64,000 nucleotides of DNA from the sequence record DRR378314_1883; one strand, 5' to 3'. Below, piece after piece: positions 20,002 to 30,002 of this stretch. The number at the start of each line of letters is the position of its first letter. Positions within the stretch are counted from its first letter, which is position 1. Both the position numbers and the translations under genes were made by a program. The notes under the pieces were generated by a model. It saw only the letters and a list, made by a program, of their open reading frames with translations. It was not told the origin of the DNA and did not search any database.

Positions 20002-21077
20002 TGCATAACCTGCTCAAAAGACAACTCAAAAAGTATCTATCGGAAAACCTCAGTGAGGATGATGCCCTAAACCCTTTCTTAACAGCTGTTGAGAGGTCCT
20101 ACGAAAATTATGACGATAAACTGAGCATGTTGCAAAGAGCTACTACCATTAGTTCTGAAGAACTGTATGCAGCCAATCGCGAGCTGGAAAATGAAGCCCA
20201 ACGACAAAATCACATCCTTAATTCTTTAGAAAAAGCAATAACTAGTCTGGAAGCCAATCTAGAACATAAAAACCAATTGGATTATAACTCTGAAAACGAG
20301 TTTGATGCCGAAAAACTTGCAAAACATATAAGTGACCTGGCCAGAAAGGTGGCAAATATGGCTATGGAAAAAGATAATTTATTAAAAGATTTAAAAACCC
20401 AAAATGAATCACTGAACAATTATGCACATATAGTGTCTCACGATTTAAAATCACCGATTAGAAATATCAGTACATTGATGAATTGGATTTTGGAAGATGA
20501 AAAAGGGAAATTCTCACCGGAGAGTAGTATCAACTGTTCACTGATTACACAAAACCTTGGAAAAATGGACAAGCTTATAGATGGTATTTTAGAGCATGCC
20601 ACTATGGGTACCACAAATGAAAATTACGTTTCTTTCAGTTTAAAATCGGTACTGGACAATTTGAAACAAACGCTGTATATCCCTAAAAATATAAATATTA
20701 TATACGCTGACACACTGCCCATATTATTCTGTGAAATAAAACGTATTGAGCAGTTATTTATGAATTTAATTATCAACGCAGTAACAGCTACCGAGGAGAT
20801 TGAACAAGGGATTATTGAAATTAAGGCCAAAGATCAAGGCGACTACTGGAAATTTAGTATTACCGACAATGGTAAGGGAATTCCGGAAAATCATCAATCC
20901 AGTATTTTTGAAATGTTCAAAAAATTGGATACGGATAGTAAATCTACTGGTATTGGTCTTGCTTTAGTAAAAAAAATAGTAGATTTATACGAGGGTGAAA
21001 TTTCGTTGAAATCGGAGGAAAACAAAGGAACAACCTTTTTTTTCACATTAAAAAAACCATATGACCGAAGTACCTAA
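20001..21077 (+). CDS. Cytoplasmic histidine kinase (FIST-associated)
   Basis: MHNLLKRQL start, VSHDLKSP, DNGKGI, GIGLALV; no TM helix. Confidence 0.92.
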   Translation: MHNLLKRQLKKYLSENLSEDDALNPFLTAVERSYENYDDKLSMLQRATTISSEELYAANRELENEAQRQNHILNSLEKAITSLEANLEHKNQLDYNSENEFDAEKLAKHISDLARKVANMAMEKDNLLKDLKTQNESLNNYAHIVSHDLKSPIRNISTLMNWILEDEKGKFSPESSINCSLITQNLGKMDKLIDGILEHATMGTTNENYVSFSLKSVLDNLKQTLYIPKNINIIYADTLPILFCEIKRIEQLFMNLIINAVTATEEIEQGIIEIKAKDQGDYWKFSITDNGKGIPENHQSSIFEMFKKLDTDSKSTGIGLALVKKIVDLYEGEISLKSEENKGTTFFFTLKKPYDRST

Positions 21078-21381
21078 TCTTAATTACATAAAGGAGCTGG
21101 CCGGTGATGATATTGAGTTTGAGAAAAAATTCATCAGTATCATAAAAAAGGAGTTACCGGAAGAGGTAGATACATACCTGGGACAGATCCGAACAAATGA
21201 GCTATTAATGGCCGCTGAAACTGTACATAAATTAAAGCACAAATTTAACATCCTGGGACTAGAACAGGCCTACGGATATGCGGTAACCTATGAGGAAGAC
21301 CTTAGGAATGGCAATAATAAGATGGACATGGATTTTAGAGCAATACTTCAAAAAATAACAAAATACCTTACAACTATATAA
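21061..21381 (+). CDS. Hpt phosphotransfer protein
   Basis: 106-aa helical protein, LNYIKELAGDD start, VHKLKHK phospho-His motif. Confidence 0.85.
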   Translation: MTEVPNLNYIKELAGDDIEFEKKFISIIKKELPEEVDTYLGQIRTNELLMAAETVHKLKHKFNILGLEQAYGYAVTYEEDLRNGNNKMDMDFRAILQKITKYLTTI

Positions 21382-21382
21382 T

Positions 21383-22093
21383 ATGAATTGTATTATCATA
21401 GACGACGAGGCCGCGGCAAGGGCAATTGTAGCCCAATTATGCTCCAAAATATCGGAATTGGATGTTATTGCCGAATTTGATAATGCTATTGACGCATTAA
21501 AATTTCTAAATCAAGAATCCATAGATATTGTTTTCCTGGATATCCACATGCCTGGATTTTCTGGTGTCGATTTTGTACAGACCCTAAAAAATCCTCCTAA
21601 AATTGTACTGACTACCTCCGACACCAATTTTGCCATAGAGGCCTATGAATACGAGTCCATTGTGGACTACTTAGTAAAGCCTATTACCTTGGACCGCTTT
21701 CAAAAATCCGTTCAAAAATTAAAGAACATATGACAACAGTCACCCAATAGCCCATCTAAGAACGAAGGAGGGTCAGCCTCAGGGGAAGATCTTTATATCA
21801 ATATAGATAGACGCCTAATTAAATTGAAGCTGAATGAGCTTACGGTCATAGAAGCCAAAGGGGATTATATTGATATCAAGACCGAAAAAGAGGTGTATCA
21901 CGTACATACTACCTTAAAGAAAATTAAGGAGAAACTGCCGGAAAAGGTTTTCATGCAAATACATAGGTCTTTTATAATTAACTTCAGCAAAATTATAGAT
22001 ATTGAGGACAATAGCGTCTTAATAGGTAAGAACGTTATTCCGATCAGTCGCTCCAATAGACCTGAACTGATGCGAAGGCTAAACCTTCTGTAA
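21383..22093 (+). pseudogene. LytTR-family response regulator interrupted by in-frame TGA at 21731-21733
   Basis: REC ORF 21383-21733 and LytTR ORF 21824-22093 share a frame; reading through TGA gives QQSPNSPSKNEGGSASGEDLYINIDRRLIKLK into EAKGDY...QIHRSFIIN...PISRS. Confidence 0.88.
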
Positions 22094-22138
22094 AAACAGC
22101 ACAAATATATTGGACTTAACCTTCACACTGGAAGATTT

Positions 22139-24214
22139 TTAATTCGATTTGCTTTCCGCCTCCAAATTGGCAAAGAACAATGGCTGTTTGGTCAAGGACC
22201 ATTTTAGTTTAAATCCAATTTCCGTAAATTCAAAACCAGCGGCCGTGGCCGATGCTATATTGCTATATTTGCCGTAAATACTTCCACTGAGACGTTTGCC
22301 AAATTGGTGCTGCATGGAAGCCTCTGCCCTGAAAATTGCAGTTTGAGGGTCGTTTTCCACCTTTTGAATTCCTGTAGCCACACTGGCCATATAGTTGGTA
22401 TGAGTGGATATTTTTCCCCTGATATCCCCAAAAACTTCCCCAGCCTGATATTTTTCTGGGCTAAAATATATGGTAGGCACTTGCTCTCCGAAGGTGATAT
22501 ACTGATAATTAAGACCGAACTTTAATGCCGGTTTCTGTAATACCGTATAATACAAAGAGGTAAATAAGAGGTTACGACTGTTGTTGTCGGTCTGCTGGGT
22601 GTACATCAATTGCGTATACCAACCCAAATTTACATTGGTGCCCAGATTGTAATTAAGTCCATAATGATTCATCACAATTTCGCGCTCTATCAAATCAGCA
22701 TTAAAATTCTGCACTTCCCTTTGGTAGCCAAGTTCTAGATTTTGCAACTTAAAAGGCTTTATTTTTAATTTGGCATCCAAAACCGGTTGTGTGTAAGCTG
22801 TTTCCATAAACCTACTGTTATTGAATCCCAATACAGTGGCCATATCTACATTAGGGGCCAATTTGTATCCAAAACCAACCAACACAACATGGGATTCCGC
22901 CTTATTCTGGGTAACCGTATTCTCTGTAGTTCGGTACTGGTAGTTTAGTGTGGTTTTAAATTTGGTGGAAAAAGGTACAAAGGCATTTACGGAACTGGAA
23001 AAAGCCACGTTATTTCCATTGTCAAAGGTATAGGCAGCATGTTCTTCAATACTTGGGGTATGCAAACCATTGAGTTTTTCAATAAAACCTTGTGCATCCT
23101 TTTGATTCTTAAAAATTTTCAAGGTCTGAAATGCCGCCTTATAAGCAGGTACGATTCTATCTGAAGCAAAAAGTGCATTTGCCTTGCCTAGGTTTCCGTC
23201 AAAAGAAACACTGTCCTTAGCGAGTATGGCATCATAGCTTGATAAACTTGCCTTAAAATCACCGGTATACATTCCTAGTGTAGCATTTAATGCCTGAACC
23301 CAATTGCCATTCGGATATACCAGGGCTAGACGGTCTATTTCCTTTCTGGCTTCGGCAAACTTCCTATTCCATATCAGGGCCTGCACATAGCGGTCGAAGG
23401 TGTGCTGATTAAGCACCGGATCGCCAAATGACTCCACTTTTTCTTTAGCTTCCAAGGCCATTTTCAGAGCCATTTTTTCATTTCCGGCTATGTGTTCTGC
23501 AAGTGCAATTCCATTTATAGCGGTGATGGAATCTTTAGCGGATGTGGCATATCTTCGGTAGGTATTTTTGGCACTATCCGTCTCTTTGGTTATCAATTGT
23601 AGGTTGGCCAAATTCAACAATACCTCCTTATCTTCTGGAAAGTCTCCAAAAATTTCCTGTAGCAATTGTTGTCCCATCCCATAATTTTGTGCATTCACAA
23701 ACTCATTGGCGTATCCCAATTTTATATACTTCCTTGAAATCTTGGCACCTTCATTATCCGGTTGCAGTGCTATGGCCTTATTTACCCAATTCAGTGCCGT
23801 TTCATATTCCCTTAGATTGCTCAAGGTATTGGCATACCCCAACAAAGCCCCAAACTTATCTGGATTTTTGGCCACCATATCCTTATATAGGGGTTTGGCC
23901 TCCTTAAATTTTCCTGCCCATAAAAGGGATTCTATATAATTTATGGCCACCTCGTAATCATTGGGGTACTTTTGTTGTAAATCTCCAAATAAAGCATTGG
24001 CCGTTTTAGGCGCTCCATTTAGTCCTACTGCCCTTCCGTAACAAATCTGTGCGGTCTTGTTTTCGGAATCCGATTCCAAAAAGGCTTCAAAAAAAATCTC
24101 GGCATCTGCAAAATTACCATTTTCCAAAAGTTCAAATCCCTTTTGCATAGATTGCTGGGCCTGTATGGAAAATGACAATAATAAGAATGTAGTAATTAAT
24201 TTATAAATATTCAT
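22139..24214 (-). CDS. TPR-repeat protein with C-terminal outer-membrane beta-barrel (PgaA/PelB/BcsC-like architecture)
   Basis: Signal peptide, about 380 aa of TPR-like helices, then alternating aromatic strands including YFSPEKYQ. Confidence 0.75.
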   Translation of the reverse strand: MNIYKLITTFLLLSFSIQAQQSMQKGFELLENGNFADAEIFFEAFLESDSENKTAQICYGRAVGLNGAPKTANALFGDLQQKYPNDYEVAINYIESLLWAGKFKEAKPLYKDMVAKNPDKFGALLGYANTLSNLREYETALNWVNKAIALQPDNEGAKISRKYIKLGYANEFVNAQNYGMGQQLLQEIFGDFPEDKEVLLNLANLQLITKETDSAKNTYRRYATSAKDSITAINGIALAEHIAGNEKMALKMALEAKEKVESFGDPVLNQHTFDRYVQALIWNRKFAEARKEIDRLALVYPNGNWVQALNATLGMYTGDFKASLSSYDAILAKDSVSFDGNLGKANALFASDRIVPAYKAAFQTLKIFKNQKDAQGFIEKLNGLHTPSIEEHAAYTFDNGNNVAFSSSVNAFVPFSTKFKTTLNYQYRTTENTVTQNKAESHVVLVGFGYKLAPNVDMATVLGFNNSRFMETAYTQPVLDAKLKIKPFKLQNLELGYQREVQNFNADLIEREIVMNHYGLNYNLGTNVNLGWYTQLMYTQQTDNNSRNLLFTSLYYTVLQKPALKFGLNYQYITFGEQVPTIYFSPEKYQAGEVFGDIRGKISTHTNYMASVATGIQKVENDPQTAIFRAEASMQHQFGKRLSGSIYGKYSNIASATAAGFEFTEIGFKLKWSLTKQPLFFANLEAESKSN

Positions 24215-24323
24215 AGGTTAAGTTTTCTGGATTTTATAGGCTATTTGGTTCGCCTAAGAATCCTATTTATTAAGCTTATGTAAAGTTACCGCATACCCTT
24301 CTTTACCGGAAGTGCAATACCCG

Positions 24324-24393
24324 CCATTCGTCTACAGCAATTGACGATCCGTCTACATCGGCCTTTTCAAAAGGTCTATCATTTAGATATTTG
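24324..24393 (+). promoter_or_regulatory. Putative LytTR-type operator plus promoter of the flippase gene
   Basis: CCATTCGTCTAC (24324) and CGATCCGTCTAC (24345); GATATTTG ends at 24393. Confidence 0.7.
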
Positions 24394-24467
24394 CTTAATA
24401 AATGCATAATTATTGACCCTAAATACCATTCGCCAACAGATCAATATAGAAAACCTTTAAAAAAAAT

Positions 24468-25706
24468 ATGATGACCATATCCAATATAGTAATCAAAAAA
24501 ATTTCCCCCGCACAGTTGTTTATGGGTAGTGCGCTCCTAGTAAATGGGGGCAACTACCTGTACAACTTAGCTTTGGGAAGAATACTCGGGCCTGAGGCCT
24601 TTGCTGAAGCGGCACTGTTGATCACCCTTTTATTGGTATTATCCTTTATAGGAATGACGTTTCAATTGGTAACCGCCAAGTTTGCCGTTTTGCTTTCAGA
24701 TGAGGATTACTCCCATTTTCAAAACACTATCTATACCTATTCGCTTGCTTTTGGTATGGCCATTGGAATAATGGTAATTTATTTTGCCCCAGAGCTCCAA
24801 ATTTTGTTCCAAACCCAAAATACCTGGATGTTTACCATATTTGGTGTTGGTATCCCCATTTATTTTTTAATGAGCGTCAATCGCGGTAAATATCAAGGTT
24901 TCCAAAACTTTGGAAAACTATCCTTTACCTACCAGACGGAAATGTGGAGCAGATTGATCATCACCGTGCTCTTGTTAATTTTACTCCCATTTGAGCCTGC
25001 CATCCTGGTGGCGCTTGGAATAGGACTTTCTTTTCTTTTTGGATTGATTCCGATGGATTTTAAAGAGGTGACAATTTTTACAAAAAATAGACTTTCCAAA
25101 GCCAACACAAAAAAAGTGCTTCAATTCATAGGACTCACCGCTGGCTATGAACTAACACAGATTATTATTAATAATAGTGATATTCTTTTGGTTAAGCATT
25201 ATTTTGATGCTTTGGAAGCAGGTTTATATGCCTCTTTAGCTTTGATTGGTCGCGTTGTCTATTTTGTTGCATGGATGTTCGTAATGTTATTGTTGCCAAA
25301 AGTGGTCCAAAAACACAAGGACGGAGAGCCCACAGTTCCGGTACTTTCAAAATACATAGGATTTATTGGCATGTTATCCCTGGGCATTGTTATGGCTTGC
25401 TATCTGTTTCCAGGAACAATAATTAATTTATTGTTCGGAGAGGCCTACCTATCCATGGCCCCTTTACTATGGCAATATGCCCTAGCTACATCGCTTTTCG
25501 CCATCTCCAATATTTTTGCCTACTATTTTCTGTCATTGGACCATTACATACCGGTAATTCTATCTGGTATTCTAGGGGTTTCCCAGGTGTTGTTGATTGT
25601 TCTGTTTCACAGTAGCCTTACTATGATAGTCCAAATTCAGATTATAGTAATGGTCGCGTTACTGGCGGCTCAGGCACTCTACTTTTTTAGCAAATCCATA
25701 AAGTAA
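24468..25706 (+). CDS. Oligosaccharide flippase (Wzx/MOP family)
   Basis: About 12 TM helices; NYLYNLALGRILGP, SDILLVKHYF, AGLYAS. Confidence 0.88.
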   Translation: MMTISNIVIKKISPAQLFMGSALLVNGGNYLYNLALGRILGPEAFAEAALLITLLLVLSFIGMTFQLVTAKFAVLLSDEDYSHFQNTIYTYSLAFGMAIGIMVIYFAPELQILFQTQNTWMFTIFGVGIPIYFLMSVNRGKYQGFQNFGKLSFTYQTEMWSRLIITVLLLILLPFEPAILVALGIGLSFLFGLIPMDFKEVTIFTKNRLSKANTKKVLQFIGLTAGYELTQIIINNSDILLVKHYFDALEAGLYASLALIGRVVYFVAWMFVMLLLPKVVQKHKDGEPTVPVLSKYIGFIGMLSLGIVMACYLFPGTIINLLFGEAYLSMAPLLWQYALATSLFAISNIFAYYFLSLDHYIPVILSGILGVSQVLLIVLFHSSLTMIVQIQIIVMVALLAAQALYFFSKSIK

Positions 25707-25846
25707 TACTTTGCAATTAAAAATATAATTCTATGGCACCTCTGCCCCCAGAGCGGTTATTTTTGAGGATAAAGTCTAGGCAATGGACCAAAACTAAAAA
25801 CAATTAATGGGCAATTTCCTTAAAACAATTTAACCGAACACCTTTA

Positions 25847-25916
25847 CCATTGGTCTATACAAAAGAGCCAACCACCTCTAATCATCCATATTTATAATAC
25901 TTATGGGTGATATTTG
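25847..25916 (+). promoter_or_regulatory. Putative LytTR-type operator plus promoter of the GT4 gene
   Basis: CCATTGGTCTAT (25847) and CCAACCACCTCT (25868); GATATTTG ends at 25916. Confidence 0.65.
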
Positions 25917-25957
25917 TCCCAGAAATTAATTCTAAATCTTAACACAAAACTTGACCT

Positions 25958-27187
25958 ATGAAATTAGCCATTGTAACTGCCTACCCTCCCAGTAAAGTAA
26001 CCCTAACGGAATACGGATATCACCTAGTGAAGCACTTTAGGTTACAAAATGAGGTCAGCGAAATAGTTTTGATTTGCGACAGGACCTCTGAGGAAAAAGA
26101 CCTGAACTTTGAGGGGGAAGGCTGTAAAATAAGCGTTAAGGAATGCTGGAATTTTAATAGCTATACCAACCTTTTAAGCATTAGCAAAACCATTACGGAG
26201 ACTAATCCGGATGCCGTATTGTTCAATCTACAGTTCTTAAAATTCGGCGATAAAAAAATCCCGGCCGCCCTAGGTCTACTTCTTCCTTTGATATGTAAAC
26301 TAAAAGGTATCCCCACCATTTCCTTGTTGCATAACATTATGGAACAGGTGGACTTAAAAAATGCAGGTATCACCAAAAATATCATTTTGCAAAAGGCCTA
26401 TAACCTCATAGGAACTACCCTGACCAAGTTTGTTTTGGCATCCGATGTACTTGCCGTAACTATCAGTAAATATGTAGATATCCTAGAGAAAAAATACAAG
26501 GCCAGAAACGTTGCACTGGTTCCTCATGGAGCCTTTGAAACACCTCCAGAACCAGATTATTGCTTACCAGAAGGTCCAAAACAAATCATGGCATTTGGTA
26601 AATTCGGCACCTATAAAAAGGTAGAAATACTTATAGAGGCCGTTGAAATTATCAGAAACAGGACAAGTATGGATTTAGAAATCGTAATTGCAGGTACAGA
26701 TAGTCCCAATACTCCTGGATATTTGGAAGGAATCAAGAAAAGTTATCAACATGTACCGCAAATGAGGTTTACAGGGTATGTTGCCGAGGAAAATGTTCCC
26801 GTGATTTTCTCGGAGAGTGCGGTTACTGTATTTCCCTACACTTCCACCACAGGTAGTTCGGGGGTATTGCACCAGGCCGGCAGTTATGGTAAGGCCGTTG
26901 CCCTTCCCGACTTGGGAGATCTGAGTATTCTGGTAAAAGAAGAAGGATATAAAGGAGAGTTTTTCAAGCCAGACAGTGCAGAATCTTTGGCCAATGCCAT
27001 AGAAAATATTCTAAAAGACGATTCCTATCGTATCCAACTGGGAATGAACAATTATAAAGCTGCCTGCTCTTTGCCCATGTCTGAAATCACCAATATGTAC
27101 GTGAATTATTTTAAAGCGATTCAATTGGCGAAATCCGAAGGGTTTTCTATAAAACTACCAAAAAAAGTAGCCGAGTTGGAGAAATAG
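25958..27187 (+). CDS. Glycosyltransferase, GT-B fold (GT4-like)
   Basis: TAYPP, VPHG, FGKFGTYKKVE, VFPY-TSTTGSSGVL. Confidence 0.9.
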   Translation: MKLAIVTAYPPSKVTLTEYGYHLVKHFRLQNEVSEIVLICDRTSEEKDLNFEGEGCKISVKECWNFNSYTNLLSISKTITETNPDAVLFNLQFLKFGDKKIPAALGLLLPLICKLKGIPTISLLHNIMEQVDLKNAGITKNIILQKAYNLIGTTLTKFVLASDVLAVTISKYVDILEKKYKARNVALVPHGAFETPPEPDYCLPEGPKQIMAFGKFGTYKKVEILIEAVEIIRNRTSMDLEIVIAGTDSPNTPGYLEGIKKSYQHVPQMRFTGYVAEENVPVIFSESAVTVFPYTSTTGSSGVLHQAGSYGKAVALPDLGDLSILVKEEGYKGEFFKPDSAESLANAIENILKDDSYRIQLGMNNYKAACSLPMSEITNMYVNYFKAIQLAKSEGFSIKLPKKVAELEK

Positions 27188-27228
27188 AATTAAGTTTAAG
27201 GTTAAGTGAGGAAAGGGGAACGGTTTGG

Positions 27229-28782
27229 CTAATCGTTCTCCTTTCTATTTTTGGAAGTATTGTTTAGAAAGTAGAAAGCTTTTTTTGGTTTACCTGCCAA
27301 ATCCAAGCAACCAAAATATCTTTGGGGTTCCCTTCTCCATGGCCGCTTGCCCACTACTGAAGACGGAACCCCTTCAAAATCGTATAAGGTCCAGAAAAGA
27401 AAAGGTATTTCGGCCTTCTCTAGAATAGGTTGAAATTCCTCATAATAAGCCGCCTGTTTATCTTCCGAGTTTAGAAAAGCATTCCACACTCCACTATAGG
27501 AAGACCTCCCATATTCCTGAAGTACCGCAGTTTTATCTTTTGGAATTGCGTTTCGCAATTTTTGATAGGAAGGTATAAAACCCGAAATTTCCCTGTAATA
27601 GTGAAAAGAAACAAAATCCACTACCTCTGCCATATTTACCGCAGCCTCCGGACTGGACCATCCTATGGTGATAGGATGCACCCCGTCCCATTTTTTTATC
27701 CGTAGAGCCAGCTCATTTAACCAGGCCATTACATTTTCTTTTCCCCTAGACCCAAAGTCCAAATCGGGTTCGTTTTTGAGGTCCCAGGCCAATAAACTAG
27801 GATGGTCCTTTAAGGTGGTTACCAACTTTTCAGCATGTGCAAATGTAGCTGTCCAATTGGCAACACTATAATCTCCATAAAAATCAAAGAGGGTGATGAC
27901 CACCTTGAGGCTTTCCTTATCCGCAGCATCCAAAAGGGTCCTGACTTTGGCAAGTCTGTCTTCATTTACCCGTGCCTCCCCAAAGTCCGAATACGGAATA
28001 AATATACGGACAGTGTTGAGACCCATATCCCTAATAATTCTAAAATCAGACGAAATAACCTTTTCGTTAAACCGATTTCCAAAAGTATCCCACGGACTGT
28101 CCTGTGGATAATAATTGAGTCCTTTTATTTTACTTAATGCCTCCGTATTATCAACGCCAATTACGGGCCCTTCCTTCACCTCAGGTTCGGTTATTACCCT
28201 AACAAAATGACGTACCCTCCAAAAGCCGTCCTCCAAAAGCATAATTACCTGGAATGTTGCTGTTTCCCGATATTCCAAGACGGGATTGCCATCTATAAAT
28301 CCCTTCTTATAAAGTGACACATTCTTATCTAGAAAAGAGATTTGGGTTCCATCGGTGCTATAGAAATTCAATTTGGGCCAATGTTCCAAAGTGGTTTGTA
28401 CAAAGGTGGTACCCTTTTCCTTGTTTATGTTGAGTATTTTAAAAAGTTTGGTCCTCGCACTTTCGGTAAAGTAGTCGGCAATGCCGTATTGATTGTTGGT
28501 AGCTAGGGAGGCATTTTTCACGTACCAACCATTAAGATAGTCCCGTTCAACTTTTTCCAAAGTTTGTGGCTCAATTGGGCGGCCTTCCACGGAAGTGGTA
28601 TCCCAAACCACCTTGGGAAAATAAATTTGAGCCTTTTCTCCACCTATATGCAGAAGGGTGGAGCGCTCCGCACCGGTATTGAGATAGGACCAAACCGAAC
28701 TTATCCCGAAAAGCACCAATGCATTAATGGCCAGGAATGTACCAATCAAAAGAACCCTTAAGATGTTTTTATTCCACTTCAT
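27229..28782 (-). CDS. Membrane-anchored clan GH-A glycoside hydrolase (GH5/GH2-like TIM barrel)
   Basis: N-terminal TM; KGLNYYP, GLNTVRIF, acid/base WDLKNEPD, SFHYY, nucleophile LQEYG, FWTL. Confidence 0.85.
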   Translation of the reverse strand: MKWNKNILRVLLIGTFLAINALVLFGISSVWSYLNTGAERSTLLHIGGEKAQIYFPKVVWDTTSVEGRPIEPQTLEKVERDYLNGWYVKNASLATNNQYGIADYFTESARTKLFKILNINKEKGTTFVQTTLEHWPKLNFYSTDGTQISFLDKNVSLYKKGFIDGNPVLEYRETATFQVIMLLEDGFWRVRHFVRVITEPEVKEGPVIGVDNTEALSKIKGLNYYPQDSPWDTFGNRFNEKVISSDFRIIRDMGLNTVRIFIPYSDFGEARVNEDRLAKVRTLLDAADKESLKVVITLFDFYGDYSVANWTATFAHAEKLVTTLKDHPSLLAWDLKNEPDLDFGSRGKENVMAWLNELALRIKKWDGVHPITIGWSSPEAAVNMAEVVDFVSFHYYREISGFIPSYQKLRNAIPKDKTAVLQEYGRSSYSGVWNAFLNSEDKQAAYYEEFQPILEKAEIPFLFWTLYDFEGVPSSVVGKRPWRREPQRYFGCLDLAGKPKKAFYFLNNTSKNRKEND

Positions 28783-30001
28783 TTTGGGTCAATTTTAAAA
28801 TCATTTCTTTTTTTACACCTGCGCATTCCACAGCTAATTGATAATCCCCAACGGCATACAGTCCACTATCAAGTTCAAAGGACCCCAAACCTGATCTGGA
28901 ATTGGTTTGTTTGACTTCAATTAAATCTCCTTTGCTATCGTAAATTTTTAATTCTATAAGTAGTCCTTCCGGCACCAATTGCCCCATAAATCCAAGTATC
29001 GGCCCTACTGTGACGTTGCGATTATCGTTGGCTAATTTCACGTCAAAATCTTTTATGGCACTTTTAAAATTCAGCTGAAGCTCATTGCTCTTTGCCTCAC
29101 CCGTAATATACGCAGTAACCCCCCATTCTTCCTCCTCATTAGGGTGCAACATATTGGAGGTTGCAATTCCGGCCAAGGTAGCCCCCATAGATTTGAGCAA
29201 TTCACCACGCTTATTTTTAACTATGAAATTAACCAAGGTTCCATCGTTAACCGTATTCCCAAACCTATCCGTTATTAGTGAGGTTATAAATCTCACGACT
29301 TGATTACCATCCGCAAAATCATGTACGCGTTCAAATCCAATTTTGAAATCAGTACTATTGGAGGGGGATACAATGCTTGTAAGCTCTTTGGAAGTTACCC
29401 CGTTTACCGCCGCAGTAACCAACATACGTCCCGATTTTTCTTCCCCATAAAGTAGGCTATAGGCAAGACCATCTTTAAGGCGAACTTCAAATACATTGGT
29501 TTTGAAATCTATTAGTTGGCTGATAGACACTACAGTACTATCCGGAAGTGGGTTGTCATAATCGTCGGTTGGGATAATGGTAAGCATGGAATAATCTTTT
29601 CCCCCTGCCCTAATACTTCTTGGGCCAAAATAGGTTTCTATTTTGGAGAGATTCCCAATCCGCGGACCAAGATAAAATTTGTCCGACAACAGTACCTTGG
29701 AATTGGATACGAGCTTCCAGTGGTATTCCCCAGCCTCTTCCGTGAATTCTGGGGGTATATTGAACATGGCCTTATCATTGATTATTTTAGGCTGAAAAAA
29801 CAGGGGACCAAAACTATTGTCCAACAAAAGAAAAAGATTTCCCTTTCCTTGAAGTTGGAATTGGAATTCCAAGCCTTTCCCAACGGTTGAAGGCTGAGAA
29901 ACAGCCACTACTTCCACCTTCAGATCGGTATTGAGTGCCTCCTCCCTCTCCTTGCAACCAAGGCCCATCAACAATACCAAAATGTAGAGCTTCCACTTCA
30001 T
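28769..30001 (-). CDS. Lipoprotein with Ig-like (invasin/Big-type) repeats
   Basis: ATG at 30001 gives MKWKLYILVLLMGLGC lipobox; repeated motifs DDYDNPLPDST, DRFGNTVNDGT, GQLVPEG. Confidence 0.65.
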   Translation of the reverse strand: MKWKLYILVLLMGLGCKEREEALNTDLKVEVVAVSQPSTVGKGLEFQFQLQGKGNLFLLLDNSFGPLFFQPKIINDKAMFNIPPEFTEEAGEYHWKLVSNSKVLLSDKFYLGPRIGNLSKIETYFGPRSIRAGGKDYSMLTIIPTDDYDNPLPDSTVVSISQLIDFKTNVFEVRLKDGLAYSLLYGEEKSGRMLVTAAVNGVTSKELTSIVSPSNSTDFKIGFERVHDFADGNQVVRFITSLITDRFGNTVNDGTLVNFIVKNKRGELLKSMGATLAGIATSNMLHPNEEEEWGVTAYITGEAKSNELQLNFKSAIKDFDVKLANDNRNVTVGPILGFMGQLVPEGLLIELKIYDSKGDLIEVKQTNSRSGLGSFELDSGLYAVGDYQLAVECAGVKKEMILKLTQNEVE

Positions 30002-30002
30002 A

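Noticed and set aside
21731-21790. Selenocysteine recoding of the LytTR TGA
   Set aside because: The codon is in a variable linker, not a catalytic Cys position, and I see no convincing SECIS-like hairpin right after it
21824-22093. Stand-alone LytTR gene from TTG 21824
   Set aside because: The start falls inside the LytTR domain (DLYINIDRRLIK lies upstream in frame), so it is better read as part of the interrupted gene
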